From NCBI RefSeq assembly GCF_052168275.1, contig NZ_JBQLZM010000135.1, positions 2,509 to 66,508 on the forward strand: 64,000 bases of DNA, read 5' to 3'. The stretch comes from Parasphingopyxis sp. (GTDB lineage: Bacteria; Pseudomonadota; Alphaproteobacteria; Sphingomonadales; Sphingomonadaceae). The position numbers were made by a program, and so were the translations under genes. Below, in pieces: positions 47,529 through 59,950 of this stretch (within the stretch, counting starts at the first letter, position 1; the number at the start of each line of letters is the position of its first letter). The notes below the pieces were generated by a model, which worked only from the letters and a program-made list of their open reading frames with translations, searched no databases and was not told the origin of the DNA.

Positions 47529-49001
47529 ATGATACGAAGACTGCTCGCCGCGTGCGCGGCCCTGTTCCTCCTCACGCCCGCACCCGCGCAAACCCTTCCG
47601 ACGGAAGCGGATTTGCGGCGGCATATCGAAATCCTGGCGAGCGACGATTTCGAGGGGCGCCAGCCCGGCACGGCCGGCGAAGCGCTGGCGGTCAGCTATA
47701 TCGCCGCCCAACTTGCCGATGCGGGCCTGCTGCCCGGCTATCGCGGCAATTATTACCAGCCCGTCGCGCTGGTCAGCCGCACGGACGGCTCGGTGACGCT
47801 GCGGACCGGCGGCGCACGGACGGATGGCGGCGAGATACTCGCGATGGGCAACAGCGAGCGCGTGACGCTCGAGGATCTGCCGCTGACTTTTGTCGGCTAT
47901 GCGGTCGATATCGGCGACGAGGATGGCGGTGCGATGGGCGCGGCGCGGTTCGACGGCCAAGCCGTCCTGCTGCTCGGCGGCGCGCCCGAAGGCGCGGAGG
48001 CGGTGCCGTCCTACCGCACGCGCCTCGCCTTTTTCCGGGAGCGCGGCGCCGCGGCGATCATCGGCATCGTCGAGCCCGACATCCCCTGGGAAGCCGCGGC
48101 GGCCGGCATGCGGTTCCGCCAGACCTATCTGGCGTCCGACCGCCGCGCGCCGGTCGAGGCGATCCTGTCGGCGCCGACCGCCGATGCGATATTGAGCGGC
48201 ATCGGACAGTCGCGGGAAACGCTTGGCGCAATGGCGGCCGCCCCCGGATTCAGGCCGGTCGCGCTGGATATGGCGATCGGCCTCGAGGTCGAGACGGTCA
48301 TCGACCGCTATGACGGAATCAATGTGGTCGCGCGATTGCCGGGCACCGGCGAAACGGGCGAAACCGTGCTGTTCTCGGCCCATCACGATCATTTCGGCAT
48401 CTGCCGGCCGGACAGCGACGAGGACCGGATCTGCAACGGCGCGGTGGACAATGCGAGCGGCACGGCTGCGCTGATCGAGACGGCGCGCGCGCTGGCGCAG
48501 GGCGAAAGGCCGATGCGCGATATCCTGTTCCTGACCACGACCGCCGAGGAGGACGGACTGCTCGGCGCGCGGGCCTTTGTCGCCGAGCCGCCGGTGTCGC
48601 TCGACGCGATCGTCGCGGTCTTCAACCTCGACACGATCGCGATCGCGACTGCCGGCGCGGCGGTCGGCATCATCGGGCGCGGCATGACGCCGCTCGATAC
48701 GCTGATCGACGCGGTCGCGGCGGAAAACGGCCGCACGATCGACACCAGCACCGACATCAACGGCTTCGTCCAGCGCAACGACGGCTGGGCATTTCTGGAG
48801 CAGGGCGTGCCGGCGGTAATGGCGGGCGGCTCGTTCACCGATCCCGAGCTGCTCAACGCGTTCCTGCGCGGACCGTATCACGGGCCGGACGACGAGATCG
48901 CCGATATCGAACTCGGCGGCGCGCTGGAGGACACCTGGCTGCATATCGCGCTCGGCCGCGCTTTTGCCGATCCGGCCCGATATCCGTCCCCTCGGCGCTA
49001 G
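47529..49001 (+). CDS. M28 family metallopeptidase with PA-like insert
   Basis: Signal peptide, LASDDFEGR, FSAHHDHFG, NGAVDNASG, TAEEDGLLG, NLDTI, YHGPDDE. Confidence 0.88.
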   Translation: MIRRLLAACAALFLLTPAPAQTLPTEADLRRHIEILASDDFEGRQPGTAGEALAVSYIAAQLADAGLLPGYRGNYYQPVALVSRTDGSVTLRTGGARTDGGEILAMGNSERVTLEDLPLTFVGYAVDIGDEDGGAMGAARFDGQAVLLLGGAPEGAEAVPSYRTRLAFFRERGAAAIIGIVEPDIPWEAAAAGMRFRQTYLASDRRAPVEAILSAPTADAILSGIGQSRETLGAMAAAPGFRPVALDMAIGLEVETVIDRYDGINVVARLPGTGETGETVLFSAHHDHFGICRPDSDEDRICNGAVDNASGTAALIETARALAQGERPMRDILFLTTTAEEDGLLGARAFVAEPPVSLDAIVAVFNLDTIAIATAGAAVGIIGRGMTPLDTLIDAVAAENGRTIDTSTDINGFVQRNDGWAFLEQGVPAVMAGGSFTDPELLNAFLRGPYHGPDDEIADIELGGALEDTWLHIALGRAFADPARYPSPRR

Positions 49002-50522
<1,521 letters not shown>

Positions 50523-50555
50523 CGCGGTGAAGCGCGCCGGCGCCGGTCGCCCGGA

Positions 50556-51740
50556 ATGAAACCGGCGGCGCGCCTGCAGGCGGCGATCGAGCTGCTCGAC
50601 GAAATCATCGCCGCGGCGCACGGCAATGGCGCGGCCGCCGATACGCTGATCAAGCGCTATTTCGGGGGGCGCCGCTATGCCGGGTCGAAGGACCGGCGCG
50701 CGGTCCGCGATCTCGTCTATCGCGCGATCCGGCGCCATGGCGAGGCGCCCGTCAGCGGCCGGGCGGCGATCGTCGGGCTGGCGCAGGACGAACCCGCGCT
50801 GCGCGACCTGTTCGACGGATCGGAGCATGGGCCGGCGCCGCTCGCCGGCAACGAGGTCGGCGCGCTGCCGAGCGCCATGCCGCACTGGCTGCGCGCCCGC
50901 TTTGCCGATGCCGTCGACGACACCGATATCGAGAGCCTGACCGGCCGCGCGCCGCTCGATATCCGGGTCAATCTCGCGCGGACGTCGCGGGAGACCGTGC
51001 TCGACCCGCTCGACGGCGCGGAGCCCGGCAGGCTGAGCCCCTCGGCGGTGCGCTTGCCGCAGGGATTTCCGATCGAGCAGCACGCGCTCTGGCGCGACGG
51101 CCTGGTCGAAATCCAGGACGAGGGCAGCCAGTATATCGTCGACCGATGCGGCGCCGAACCGGGGATGACGGTGGTCGATCTGTGCGCCGGCGCAGGCGGC
51201 AAGACGCTCGCGCTGCATGACCGGATGCACGGAGAGGGACGGCTGATCGCCTGCGATGTCGACCGCAAGCGCCTCTCCCGGCTTGCGCCGCGCGCCGAAC
51301 GGGCCGGGATGACGGGAATCGAGACGCGGCTGCTCGATCCGGGCCAGGAAAGCGCGGCGCTGGCCGATCTGGCGGATGCCGTCGATATCGTGCTGGTCGA
51401 CGCGCCGTGCAGCGGCACCGGCACCTGGCGGCGCAATCCCGAGGCGCGCTGGCGGCTCGATCCGCAGGCGATCGACCGTTACGCGGCGCTCCAGGCGCAT
51501 CTGCTCGACACCGCGGTGCCCCTTGTAAAGCCCGGCGGTTTTCTGGTTTACATCGTCTGTTCGCTTCTGGCGCGAGAAGGGGAAGGGCAGATCGCACATT
51601 TCCTGAAAACCCGTTCGGATTTCAGCAAGGTGAACCCTGCTAACGAACAGGCCGTGGCGGCGGGCGACGGTTTCATCCTGACCCCGGCGCGCCACGGAAC
51701 GGACGGGTTTTTCTTCGCAAGGCTGCAACGGTCATGCTAG
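50556..51740 (+). CDS. RsmB/NOP family m5C RNA methyltransferase
   Basis: [45 protein letters not shown]. Confidence 0.9.
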   Translation: MKPAARLQAAIELLDEIIAAAHGNGAAADTLIKRYFGGRRYAGSKDRRAVRDLVYRAIRRHGEAPVSGRAAIVGLAQDEPALRDLFDGSEHGPAPLAGNEVGALPSAMPHWLRARFADAVDDTDIESLTGRAPLDIRVNLARTSRETVLDPLDGAEPGRLSPSAVRLPQGFPIEQHALWRDGLVEIQDEGSQYIVDRCGAEPGMTVVDLCAGAGGKTLALHDRMHGEGRLIACDVDRKRLSRLAPRAERAGMTGIETRLLDPGQESAALADLADAVDIVLVDAPCSGTGTWRRNPEARWRLDPQAIDRYAALQAHLLDTAVPLVKPGGFLVYIVCSLLAREGEGQIAHFLKTRSDFSKVNPANEQAVAAGDGFILTPARHGTDGFFFARLQRSC

Positions 51741-51772
51741 AAGACCGCACGGAAACTGTAACGGAGCTCATC

Positions 51773-52291
51773 ATGCGCTTTTCGCCGCTCGCCATCGCCA
51801 TCTCCCTGACGCTCGCCACCGTTTCGAGCGGCGTGCACGGCCAACGGGGCGACGACGATATCGATCCGCGCTCGGTGGCGCTGGTCGAAGCCGGCCGCGC
51901 GGCGCTGGCGGAAGGCGACGCGCAACGGGCCGCCGATCTGGTCGAAAGCGCGCTCGCGGTCGATCCGCGCAACCGCGACGGATTCGTCGCGCTGGCCGAA
52001 ATCTCCGAAGCCAACGGCCTGCCCGGCAAGGCAATCCGCTTCTATCGCGAAGCGCTGACCATCGATCCCAACGATCTTGCGGCGCTGGAAGGCCAGGGCC
52101 GGGTGCTGGTGCGGCGCGGGGCGGTCGAACGGGCGCGGCGCAACCTGGTGCGCATCGAGGCGCTGTGCGAGACCGAATGCGCCGAAGCGACGGCGCTGGC
52201 CGCCGCGATCGAAAATGGTCCGCCGGCCCGGATGGCCGCGCAACAGGCAGCGACACCGGTGCCGGAAGCCGAAGAGGTCATTACCCCCTGA
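51773..52291 (+). CDS. Exported TPR protein
   Basis: Signal peptide, TPR helices ([19 protein letters not shown]), C-terminal C...C pair; ATG after GGAG. Confidence 0.75.
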   Translation: MRFSPLAIAISLTLATVSSGVHGQRGDDDIDPRSVALVEAGRAALAEGDAQRAADLVESALAVDPRNRDGFVALAEISEANGLPGKAIRFYREALTIDPNDLAALEGQGRVLVRRGAVERARRNLVRIEALCETECAEATALAAAIENGPPARMAAQQAATPVPEAEEVITP

Positions 52292-53111
52292 CCGCGTCGA
52301 TCGCGCGGGCCAGCGCGACATAATCGGCGACCTCCAGCGTTTCGGCGCGGCGCGTTTCGTCGATCCCCAATTCTTCCAGCGATTGAAGCGCATGCGGCAC
52401 GTTCTTGAGACTTTGCCGCAACATCTTGCGCCGCTGGCCGAACGCGGCCTGGGTCACGGCCCCGATCGTGTCGACGCTGACGCCCGCCGGCGCCGTCTCC
52501 GGCACGATATGGACGACCGCCGACATCACCTTGGGCGGCGGAACGAAAGCCGAGCGATGCACTTTCAGGGCGATTTCGGCCGCCGATCGCCACTGGGCGA
52601 GGATCGAGAGCCGCCCATAGGCCGCGTCGCCGGGGCCGGCGACGATGCGCCGGGCCACCTCTTCCTGGAACATGAGGGTCAGCGACCGCCACCAGGGCGG
52701 CCAGTCCGCGACCGTCAGCCAGCGGACGAGCAGGGCGGTACCGATATTGTAGGGCAGGTTGGCGACGATATGCGCGCCCTCTGCGCCGGCCTCCGGCTCG
52801 TCGATCGCCATGGCGTCGCCGGACACCAGCTCGAGCCGGCCGGCGAAATGCGCGGAAAGTTCGGTCAGCGCCGCGATACAGCGATCGTCGCGCTCGACGG
52901 CAATGACGCGCGCACCGGCAGCCAGCAACGCCCGGGTGAGGCCGCCCGGCCCGGGGCCGACTTCATAGACCGTTGCTCCGTCGAGATCGCCCGGAATCGC
53001 GGCGATCCGGGCGAGCAGCTGGCCGTCGAGAAGGAAATTCTGCCCCAGCGCCTTGTTCGCGCGCAGCCCGTGCCGGGCGATCACGTCGCGCAGCGGCGGG
53101 AGTGCCGTCAC
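52281..53111 (-). CDS. rsmA: 16S rRNA m6,2A dimethyltransferase
   Basis: [55 protein letters not shown]. Confidence 0.96.
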   Translation of the reverse strand: MTALPPLRDVIARHGLRANKALGQNFLLDGQLLARIAAIPGDLDGATVYEVGPGPGGLTRALLAAGARVIAVERDDRCIAALTELSAHFAGRLELVSGDAMAIDEPEAGAEGAHIVANLPYNIGTALLVRWLTVADWPPWWRSLTLMFQEEVARRIVAGPGDAAYGRLSILAQWRSAAEIALKVHRSAFVPPPKVMSAVVHIVPETAPAGVSVDTIGAVTQAAFGQRRKMLRQSLKNVPHALQSLEELGIDETRRAETLEVADYVALARAIDAVRG

Positions 53112-54112
53112 GCAGCGACGCTGCCTTCGTAGATCGCCCGTTGTTCGGCGCAGAAGCTGGCGAGGCTGATCGCCGCGATCGTCGCGCCCGGATTGGCCCT
53201 GTCCTCGCCCGCAATCTCGAAGGCGGTGCCATGATCGGGGGAGGTGCGGACGATCGGCAGGCCCAGGGTCAGGTTCACGCCCTCGTCGAAATGGAGGGTC
53301 TTGAGCGGGATCAGCGCCTGGTCGTGATAGAGGCAGAGCGCCACGTCATATTGCGCGCGCGCGGCCTCGTGGAACATCGTGTCGGCCGCAAAGGGCCCGC
53401 GCGCGTCAAACCCCTCTTCGCGCAGCTGGGCGATCGCCGGTTCGAGGAAATCGATCTCTTCGCGGCCCAGCGCGCCGAATTCGCCGGCATGGGGGTTGAG
53501 CCCCGCAAAGGCGAGCCGCGGGTTCGCGATCCCGAAATTCCGCTCCATCCCGCGCGCCGCCGCGCGTCCCTTGTTGACGATGAGCTCCACCGAAATGACA
53601 TCGGGCACATCGCGAAGCGGAATGTGCGTCGTGATCGGCACGGTCTTCAGCGTCGGCCCGGCGAGCATCATCGCGGCGTTTTCGCGTCCGACTCCGCATC
53701 GTTCGGCGACAAATTCGGTCTGTCCGGCATGGGTGAACCCGATATCGTAGAGCCGGTTCTTCGAAACCGGTCCGGTAACCACGGCCTGCGCGGCGCCGGA
53801 ACGGGCGAGGCCCACCGCCATTTCGAGCGAATCGAGCGCGCAGCGTGCGCCCTCGGGCGTCGGAAAGCCGGGCTTCACCTGCTCGCCGCTCTCGACGGCC
53901 AGCAACGGCAGGGCGCGATCGAATGCCGCGCCCGCCTCGTCGGGCGAACCGATCCGTTCGACCGGCCCATCCCACACGGCGCCCAGCGAACCCGGATCGC
54001 CGACGGCGAAAAACGGTTTCAGGTCGTAGGTCCGGCGTTGCGCCCAGCTTTTGCCCGTGATTTCGGGGCCGATACCCGCCGGATCGCCAAGAGAGACTGC
54101 TATCGGCGTCAT
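53108..54112 (-). CDS. pdxA: 4-hydroxythreonine-4-phosphate dehydrogenase
   Basis: GDPAGIGPE, VTGPVSK, GHT-like HAGQTE, TTHIPL, GLNPHAGE, YHDQALIP, RTSPDHGTAF. Confidence 0.95.
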   Translation of the reverse strand: MTPIAVSLGDPAGIGPEITGKSWAQRRTYDLKPFFAVGDPGSLGAVWDGPVERIGSPDEAGAAFDRALPLLAVESGEQVKPGFPTPEGARCALDSLEMAVGLARSGAAQAVVTGPVSKNRLYDIGFTHAGQTEFVAERCGVGRENAAMMLAGPTLKTVPITTHIPLRDVPDVISVELIVNKGRAAARGMERNFGIANPRLAFAGLNPHAGEFGALGREEIDFLEPAIAQLREEGFDARGPFAADTMFHEAARAQYDVALCLYHDQALIPLKTLHFDEGVNLTLGLPIVRTSPDHGTAFEIAGEDRANPGATIAAISLASFCAEQRAIYEGSVAA

Positions 54113-54124
54113 GAAAAACCGGCC

Positions 54125-55468
54125 TCAGCGATATTCGATGACCGCATCGCGCCGCAGGTCGCGCAGATAGCGCCGCGCCCGGCGGTCGGCGCGTTCCTGC
54201 TCCAGGCGCGCCATGATCACGTCCGCATCCGGTTCGGCGCTCGCCGGCGGGTCGTCGCGGCCGCACAGCACGAGCACGCGGACGCCGTCCGTGAGCGAAC
54301 CGAACGGCGTGGTGGCCTCGCCGATCTGCAGGCTGCCGATATTGCGTTGGAGCACGTCGGGCAGGTCGCCGAGCCGGACACCGTCATTCTGGACGACCTC
54401 GCCGCCCAGCTCGGCGGCGATCGTGCTGGCCACGCCGCATCCGCCACCGGCCTGGGTGGCCGAGGACAGCGCCTCGATCTGGGGTTCGGCCACGGCCCGG
54501 GTCGTGCCGGGCGGGAAGGTCAGCGTGATCTGCGTGAGGCTCAGCACCGCGTCGCGCGGGTTGCCGACGAGAATCTGCCGCTGGTCGATCAGCGCGATAA
54601 TCGAAAAACCGCCCGGGATCGGGATCGGCTGGCTGACGCCGCCGACCGGCATCTGGGTGACCACCGCCGCCAGTTCGGGCGGCAGCTGGGCCGGCTGCAG
54701 CCAGCCGAGATCGCCGCCGACCGCCGCGGTCGATGCCTGGGAAAACTGCCGGGCATAGGCCTGGAACGAGCCGCCGGACTGGATCTGTTCGAGAATGCGC
54801 CGGGCGCCGTCGAGCATCTCGGCCTCATTGTCCGGCCGGGCCGGCAGGTAGATTTCGGCGATCCGGTATTCGGTCTGGCCGCGCGACGCCTCGAGCCGTT
54901 CGACGATCGCCTGCACCTCGGCGTCGCTGACCCCGACGGTCGGGTTGACGTAGCGCCGCAACAGCCGGCGCCATGCCAGTTCGCCTTCGATCTGCCGTTT
55001 CATCGACCGCGCCGAACTGCCCTGCGTTCTGAGAAATTCGGTGAACTGCTCGGGATCGGCGCCCGAACGCTGGGCGACCTGGGCGAATGTCGCGTCGACA
55101 TCGGCCGACGGGACCTGGATGTCGTTGGCCCGGGCTTCCTGGATCTGCAGCGTCTCGTCGATCAGGTTGCGGACGATCTGCATGCGCAGCCGCTGGCGCT
55201 CCTCGTCGCTGATCTGCGCGGCGCTGTTCGCCGCGAGAAACAGGTTGAGCCGGTGATCGACATCGGTGCGGGTGACGATCTCGCCATTCACGATCGCCGT
55301 CGGTTTGCGGATGTTCGGATCGCGCTCGCCGAACACCGTAAAGGTCGACGGTAGGTCGAGCTGCGCCGCCGTATTGGCCATCGCTTCGTCGGCCGTCTGG
55401 GTCGCGCCGTGCGATGTCGCGAGCGCCGCAAGGCCCGCAACCGCGAATATCTTGATGGTCCGGCGCAT
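54125..55468 (-). CDS. surA: SurA-family periplasmic chaperone/PPIase
   Basis: Signal peptide, TAIVNGEIVT, LIDETLQIQEA, parvulin motif ARQFSQASTAAVGGDLGW; position lptD-surA-pdxA-rsmA. Confidence 0.88.
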   Translation of the reverse strand: MRRTIKIFAVAGLAALATSHGATQTADEAMANTAAQLDLPSTFTVFGERDPNIRKPTAIVNGEIVTRTDVDHRLNLFLAANSAAQISDEERQRLRMQIVRNLIDETLQIQEARANDIQVPSADVDATFAQVAQRSGADPEQFTEFLRTQGSSARSMKRQIEGELAWRRLLRRYVNPTVGVSDAEVQAIVERLEASRGQTEYRIAEIYLPARPDNEAEMLDGARRILEQIQSGGSFQAYARQFSQASTAAVGGDLGWLQPAQLPPELAAVVTQMPVGGVSQPIPIPGGFSIIALIDQRQILVGNPRDAVLSLTQITLTFPPGTTRAVAEPQIEALSSATQAGGGCGVASTIAAELGGEVVQNDGVRLGDLPDVLQRNIGSLQIGEATTPFGSLTDGVRVLVLCGRDDPPASAEPDADVIMARLEQERADRRARRYLRDLRRDAVIEYR

Positions 55469-55579
55469 TCCGCGCCCTCGAAACTGTTCACGCATTACTG
55501 TAAAGAATCCCATATCTGCCGAGGCCCAAGGCCAGCAATTGTGTCGCCTCTATTAGAACGAATGTTCCTGAACCATAGC

Positions 55580-57865
55580 TTAGCGGCCCAAATTGGTTAA
55601 GGCAAAGCGTAGCAGGAAAGTGTCGCCCCGCCGCGCGTCGCCGGTGTCGTCATAATCGCGCCGCCAGGTGAATCCGAATTCGAGGCCCTCGTCCTCATAG
55701 CCGAATCCGAGCCGGGTGCGGACCGGTTCGAAACCGTCCGACTGCGATATCGGATCCTCCTGCCGGCTCGTCAGGTCGATCACGGCCGAACCGAAGATCG
55801 ACCAATAGTTGCCGAGCGCGACCCGGGCGGAACTCCGCAGTTCCTCGCGGTCGCGCAAATCCTCGACATTGAAGGTGATGTCCCGGTTGAGCCGGAGATA
55901 GCCGATCTCGGCATAGGTGGTGCGCGAGCCGATCGCGAAGTCTATCTCGTTGCGGCGCAGCTCGAGATTGTCCTTGTCGAGTCGGAACCGGTGGGTGAGG
56001 GCCAGAAACCGCCCATAGCGGATTTCCGTCCGTCCGACGAAATCGGAAAAGCGCGAGGCGAGGCCGGTTCCGGTCGGAAAAAGCGTCGGCTCGCGGCTGA
56101 AACGGTAGCTTTGCGCCAGGCTCGAGCGGAGCGAAAAGCGCGGCAGGTCGAGCGCATATTCGCCGCCATAGGTAACGCGCGCGCCGTCCTCGAACCGGTC
56201 GTAGCCGGGAAACCGGTTGAGGGCGAACACGTTCGCGCTTTCGAGCTCGATCGACCGCGAATCCTCGTTCGGCACTTCGAGATTGGACAGCGGGGGCGTC
56301 GCCACGAACTGCACGCGCGGCGTGATCCGCTGGACGCCGCCCAGAACCTCGCCCACGAACGGCCAGGCGACATCGGCCGCGACCGCGCCGATGCCGCGAA
56401 ACTGCCAGCCTTCCTCGCCCCGGTAGAGACCGGTGAGCGTGTCGGCATTTTCGTCGGAATGATAGGCATCGCCGCGGACGAGCGCGGTCAGCGTGACCTG
56501 CTGGCCCATGGTCGTGATCCGGCTCAAGCTCCATTCGGCACTGGCGAACGCGCGCTGCGTGTCCTGCCCTTCGGTGCGCACGATGCCGAGCGAATTGGCC
56601 TGGAGCTTGACCGTGCCGCCGAGCCAGTCCTCGTTCATCCGCAGCCGATAGTCGATCACCGGAATCACGAACGGCTGCTGCCCGGAGTCCGAGGTCACCC
56701 GGAGATCCTGGACGGCCCAGCCGGCAAGCGAGAAATAGCTGTCGACCCCGATCCGCTCGGCCGCCACGGTCGAACGCAGCCGGTCGTCGCGCGAAATGTC
56801 GTAGCGCCGCAGAAACGTATCGTCGGTGGTCAGCCGGCCAGAACCGCTGATGCTCCAATAGGGCGTGAACTGGAACCGCCCATTGCCTTCGATATAGCCT
56901 CGGAAGTCCTTGTTGCCGTTGGTGGTGAAACCGCCGCCGGGAAGCGGGTCCCGGCGCGTGCCGTAGGTCGCCATGCCGCCGATCTGAAACGCGCCTTCGG
57001 CCGCCAGGTTGCGGTAGTTGGCGGAGATCGAGGGCAGGACTTCGGTGTAGAGGCGCGGGGTGATGGTCAGATCGCGATTGGGCGCGATCTGGAGGTAATA
57101 GGGAATGCCGATTTCCAGCCCGTTGGTCCGGCTCAGGCGGAGGTCCGGGACGAGGAAGCCGCTGGAGCCGCCGGCCGTGCCGTCCGGATGCGAGAAGGCC
57201 GGGAGCGCCATGATGGTGACCCCGAAGAGCTCGAACCGGGCATTGCTGTAGCGGATGCGGTTCGTCGCGGGATCGTGGACGATCCGCGCCGCGGTGATCC
57301 GCCAGCTCGGCCGCCGCGGTTCGCCGTCATAACCCACCGCCCGATAGGGGGTGTACGCCGCGTTTTCGAGGGTCGATACGCCGTCGGTCCGGTTGCCCTG
57401 GCGCGCGGCGAGACGGCCGCCATTTTCCAGGACGATCAGCAGATTGTCGACCATGCCGTCGCGCAGCGTGTCGGTCAGCGTCGCCGCATCGGCATAGGCG
57501 GTCTCGCCCTGCGGCGATCGCACCGCGACATTCCCGCTCGCTTCGACCGATCCAGTGCGCCGGTTCCAGACGACGCGGTCGGCGCGGAGCCGCGCGCCGG
57601 CCCGCACGAGCTGCACGTCGCCGGTGGCGGTCACGATATCGGCCTCGCCGTCATAATCGACCGTCTGCGCGCTGAACGCGATCTCGTCCGGACTCTCGGG
57701 CGATGCGAGCGGCGGGATTTCGGTGTCGGTGAATATGACCGGCGGGATCATGTCCCGGAAACCGACCGGCGCTTCGCCCTGCGCATGGGCCGGGTTCGCG
57801 GAAACGATCAAAACCAGCGGCAGCGCGGTCAGGCTGAGGATATGGCTACGCGTCAAAATTACCAC
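55580..57865 (-). CDS. lptD: LptD-family outer membrane protein
   Basis: N-terminal jellyroll (AQTVDYD, ADRVVWN, ASGNV), beta-barrel with LFALNRFPGYDRFE-like motif; exact start uncertain. Confidence 0.9.
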   Translation of the reverse strand: MVILTRSHILSLTALPLVLIVSANPAHAQGEAPVGFRDMIPPVIFTDTEIPPLASPESPDEIAFSAQTVDYDGEADIVTATGDVQLVRAGARLRADRVVWNRRTGSVEASGNVAVRSPQGETAYADAATLTDTLRDGMVDNLLIVLENGGRLAARQGNRTDGVSTLENAAYTPYRAVGYDGEPRRPSWRITAARIVHDPATNRIRYSNARFELFGVTIMALPAFSHPDGTAGGSSGFLVPDLRLSRTNGLEIGIPYYLQIAPNRDLTITPRLYTEVLPSISANYRNLAAEGAFQIGGMATYGTRRDPLPGGGFTTNGNKDFRGYIEGNGRFQFTPYWSISGSGRLTTDDTFLRRYDISRDDRLRSTVAAERIGVDSYFSLAGWAVQDLRVTSDSGQQPFVIPVIDYRLRMNEDWLGGTVKLQANSLGIVRTEGQDTQRAFASAEWSLSRITTMGQQVTLTALVRGDAYHSDENADTLTGLYRGEEGWQFRGIGAVAADVAWPFVGEVLGGVQRITPRVQFVATPPLSNLEVPNEDSRSIELESANVFALNRFPGYDRFEDGARVTYGGEYALDLPRFSLRSSLAQSYRFSREPTLFPTGTGLASRFSDFVGRTEIRYGRFLALTHRFRLDKDNLELRRNEIDFAIGSRTTYAEIGYLRLNRDITFNVEDLRDREELRSSARVALGNYWSIFGSAVIDLTSRQEDPISQSDGFEPVRTRLGFGYEDEGLEFGFTWRRDYDDTGDARRGDTFLLRFALTNLGR

Positions 57866-57999
57866 CGGTCACTGTAACGGCCCTTCGGCCGCGCCTATCG
57901 CACCCCGCGCGCGATGCTGCAATCGCCTTTGCCAGAGCCTGAACGCTCGGCTATCGGGAGAGAAAGTCATGACATCCCCATAGCGGCAGGAGAATAACG

Positions 58000-59475
58000 A
58001 TTTCCATTCCAGTCACCTTCGTTTCGTCCGTTCCCGACAACTCGTCCGCGCTCATCGTGCCGCTCGGCAAGGGCAAGCCGCTCGATACGGCGACCAAAGA
58101 GCTGTCCGGAGAGGCCGCGAAACTGATCAGGCGCGCCGCCGAGGCCAGCCGGTTCGAAGGCGATCTCGGTTCGATCGTGGAGATTTTCGACGAAACGGAG
58201 CACGGAACCCGCCGGATCGTGATCGTCGGTACCGGCAACGGGGACGACAGCGAGTCGCTCCAGAAGGCCGGCGGCGCGGCGATGGCGAAACTGCTGACGT
58301 CGGGCGAGACCGGGCTGACGTTCGATGCGCGTTCGAGCGGCGAAAAGGACGCCGGATCGCGCATGGCGTTCGGCGCGCTCCAGCGCAGCTGGCGGCTCGA
58401 CAGCTATCGGACGAAGGCGCCGCCCAAGACCAAGCCGACGGTCGAGGAGATCAGCGTCGTCGCGAGCGACGCGGAGGCCAAGCGCTGGGACCATTTCGAG
58501 GCGGTCTATGCCGGCATCGCGCTGGCGCGCGAACTGGTGACCGAACCGCCGAACGTGATCCATCCGCAGGGCTTCGTCGAACGCTGCCGCCCGTTGGGCG
58601 AGCTCGGCATCGAGATCGAGGTGCTCGACCGGGACGAGATGGCCGAACTCGGCATGGGCGCGCTGCTGGGCGTCGCGCAGGGCTCGATCCGCGAACCCAA
58701 GCTGCTCGTCATGCGCTGGGACGGCACCGGCGGGACCCAGAAGAACCCGGTCGCCTTTGTCGGCAAGGGCGTGACGTTCGATACCGGCGGCATCTCGCTC
58801 AAGCCCGGCCCGGGGATGGAGGACATGAAGTTCGACATGGGCGGCGCCGCGGCTGTCGCGGGCGCGATGCGCACGCTGGCGGGCCGCAAGGCCAAGGCCC
58901 ATGTCGTCGGCGTGTGCGGGCTCGTCGAGAACATGCCGGGCAGCAACGCCCAGCGGCCGAGCGATATCGTGACGACGATGTCGGGCCAGACGGTCGAAGT
59001 GCTCAACACCGACGCCGAGGGCCGGCTCGTGCTGTGCGACGCGATGCACTGGACGCAGGAGAAATATTCCCCGGACGTCATGGTCGACCTTGCCACGCTC
59101 ACCGGGGCGATGATCATCGCGCTCGGCAACGAGCATGGCGGCTGCTTTTCGAACGATGACGGGCTGGCGGACCAGCTGCTCGCCGCGGGCACCGGAAGCG
59201 GGGACAAATTGTGGCGGCTGCCGCTCGGCAAGGCGTATGACAAGCTCATCGATTCGCCGATCGCCGACATCAAGAATGTCGGGCCGCGCGAGGCGGGATC
59301 GATCACCGCCGCGCAGTTCCTCCAGCGCTTCGTCAAGGACGGCGTCAAATGGGCGCATCTCGACATCGCCGGCATGGTCTGGATGAAATCGGCGTCCAAC
59401 CTCTGGGACAAGGGGGCGACCGGTTATGGCGTCCGCCTGCTCGACCGCTTCATCGCCGATAATTTCGAGGGGTAG
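58000..59475 (+). CDS. pepA: Leucyl aminopeptidase (M17); probable ATT start at 58000, first conventional start GTG 58057
   Basis: VGKGVTFDTGGISLK, MKFDMGGAA, NTDAEGRLVL, ATLTGA, WAHLDIAG; AGGAGA SD 6 nt before ATT. Confidence 0.92.
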   Translation: MSIPVTFVSSVPDNSSALIVPLGKGKPLDTATKELSGEAAKLIRRAAEASRFEGDLGSIVEIFDETEHGTRRIVIVGTGNGDDSESLQKAGGAAMAKLLTSGETGLTFDARSSGEKDAGSRMAFGALQRSWRLDSYRTKAPPKTKPTVEEISVVASDAEAKRWDHFEAVYAGIALARELVTEPPNVIHPQGFVERCRPLGELGIEIEVLDRDEMAELGMGALLGVAQGSIREPKLLVMRWDGTGGTQKNPVAFVGKGVTFDTGGISLKPGPGMEDMKFDMGGAAAVAGAMRTLAGRKAKAHVVGVCGLVENMPGSNAQRPSDIVTTMSGQTVEVLNTDAEGRLVLCDAMHWTQEKYSPDVMVDLATLTGAMIIALGNEHGGCFSNDDGLADQLLAAGTGSGDKLWRLPLGKAYDKLIDSPIADIKNVGPREAGSITAAQFLQRFVKDGVKWAHLDIAGMVWMKSASNLWDKGATGYGVRLLDRFIADNFEG

Positions 59476-59484
59476 CGGAGCGGC

Positions 59485-59922
59485 GTGCAGGTCGATTTCT
59501 ATCAGCTCGCCGGCACGCCGATAGAGGCCGTCGTGCCGCAGCTCGCGGCGAAGGTGCTGGAAAGCGGCGAGCGGCTGCTGATCGTTTCCGGGGAGGAGCG
59601 GGTGCGGGCGCTGCTCGACGAGGCGCTCTGGACCCATGATCCGCTGTCCTTCCTGCCGCACGGACCGGACACCGACGAGAGGGCCGCGGATCAGCCGATT
59701 CTGCTCTCGGAAAGGCCGGAAGCCGTGAACCAGGCGAAATTTGCGATGCTGGCGGACGGGATATGGCGCGACGCCGCGCTCGGGTTCGCGCGGGTTTTCT
59801 ATCTGTTCGACGCCGACCGGCTCGACGACGCGCGCAACGCCTGGCGCAGCCTGGCCGGAAAGGACGATGTCGAGCCGCGCTACTGGAAGCAGGAGGGCGG
59901 GCGCTGGCGGCAGGGGCCGTGA
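59485..59922 (+). CDS. holC: DNA polymerase III chi subunit
   Basis: MQVDFYQL, LDEALWT....SFLPHG, QPILLS, ARNAWR, YWKQ; follows pepA. Confidence 0.9.
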   Translation: MQVDFYQLAGTPIEAVVPQLAAKVLESGERLLIVSGEERVRALLDEALWTHDPLSFLPHGPDTDERAADQPILLSERPEAVNQAKFAMLADGIWRDAALGFARVFYLFDADRLDDARNAWRSLAGKDDVEPRYWKQEGGRWRQGP

Positions 59923-59950
59923 CGGCCGGAGGACCGACGGCACAGCCCAC

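Noticed and set aside
55556-55567. GAAC-N4-GTTC upstream of surA
   Set aside because: This is the Firmicutes/Actinobacteria-type SOS palindrome, not the alphaproteobacterial GTTC-N7-GTTC; likely chance
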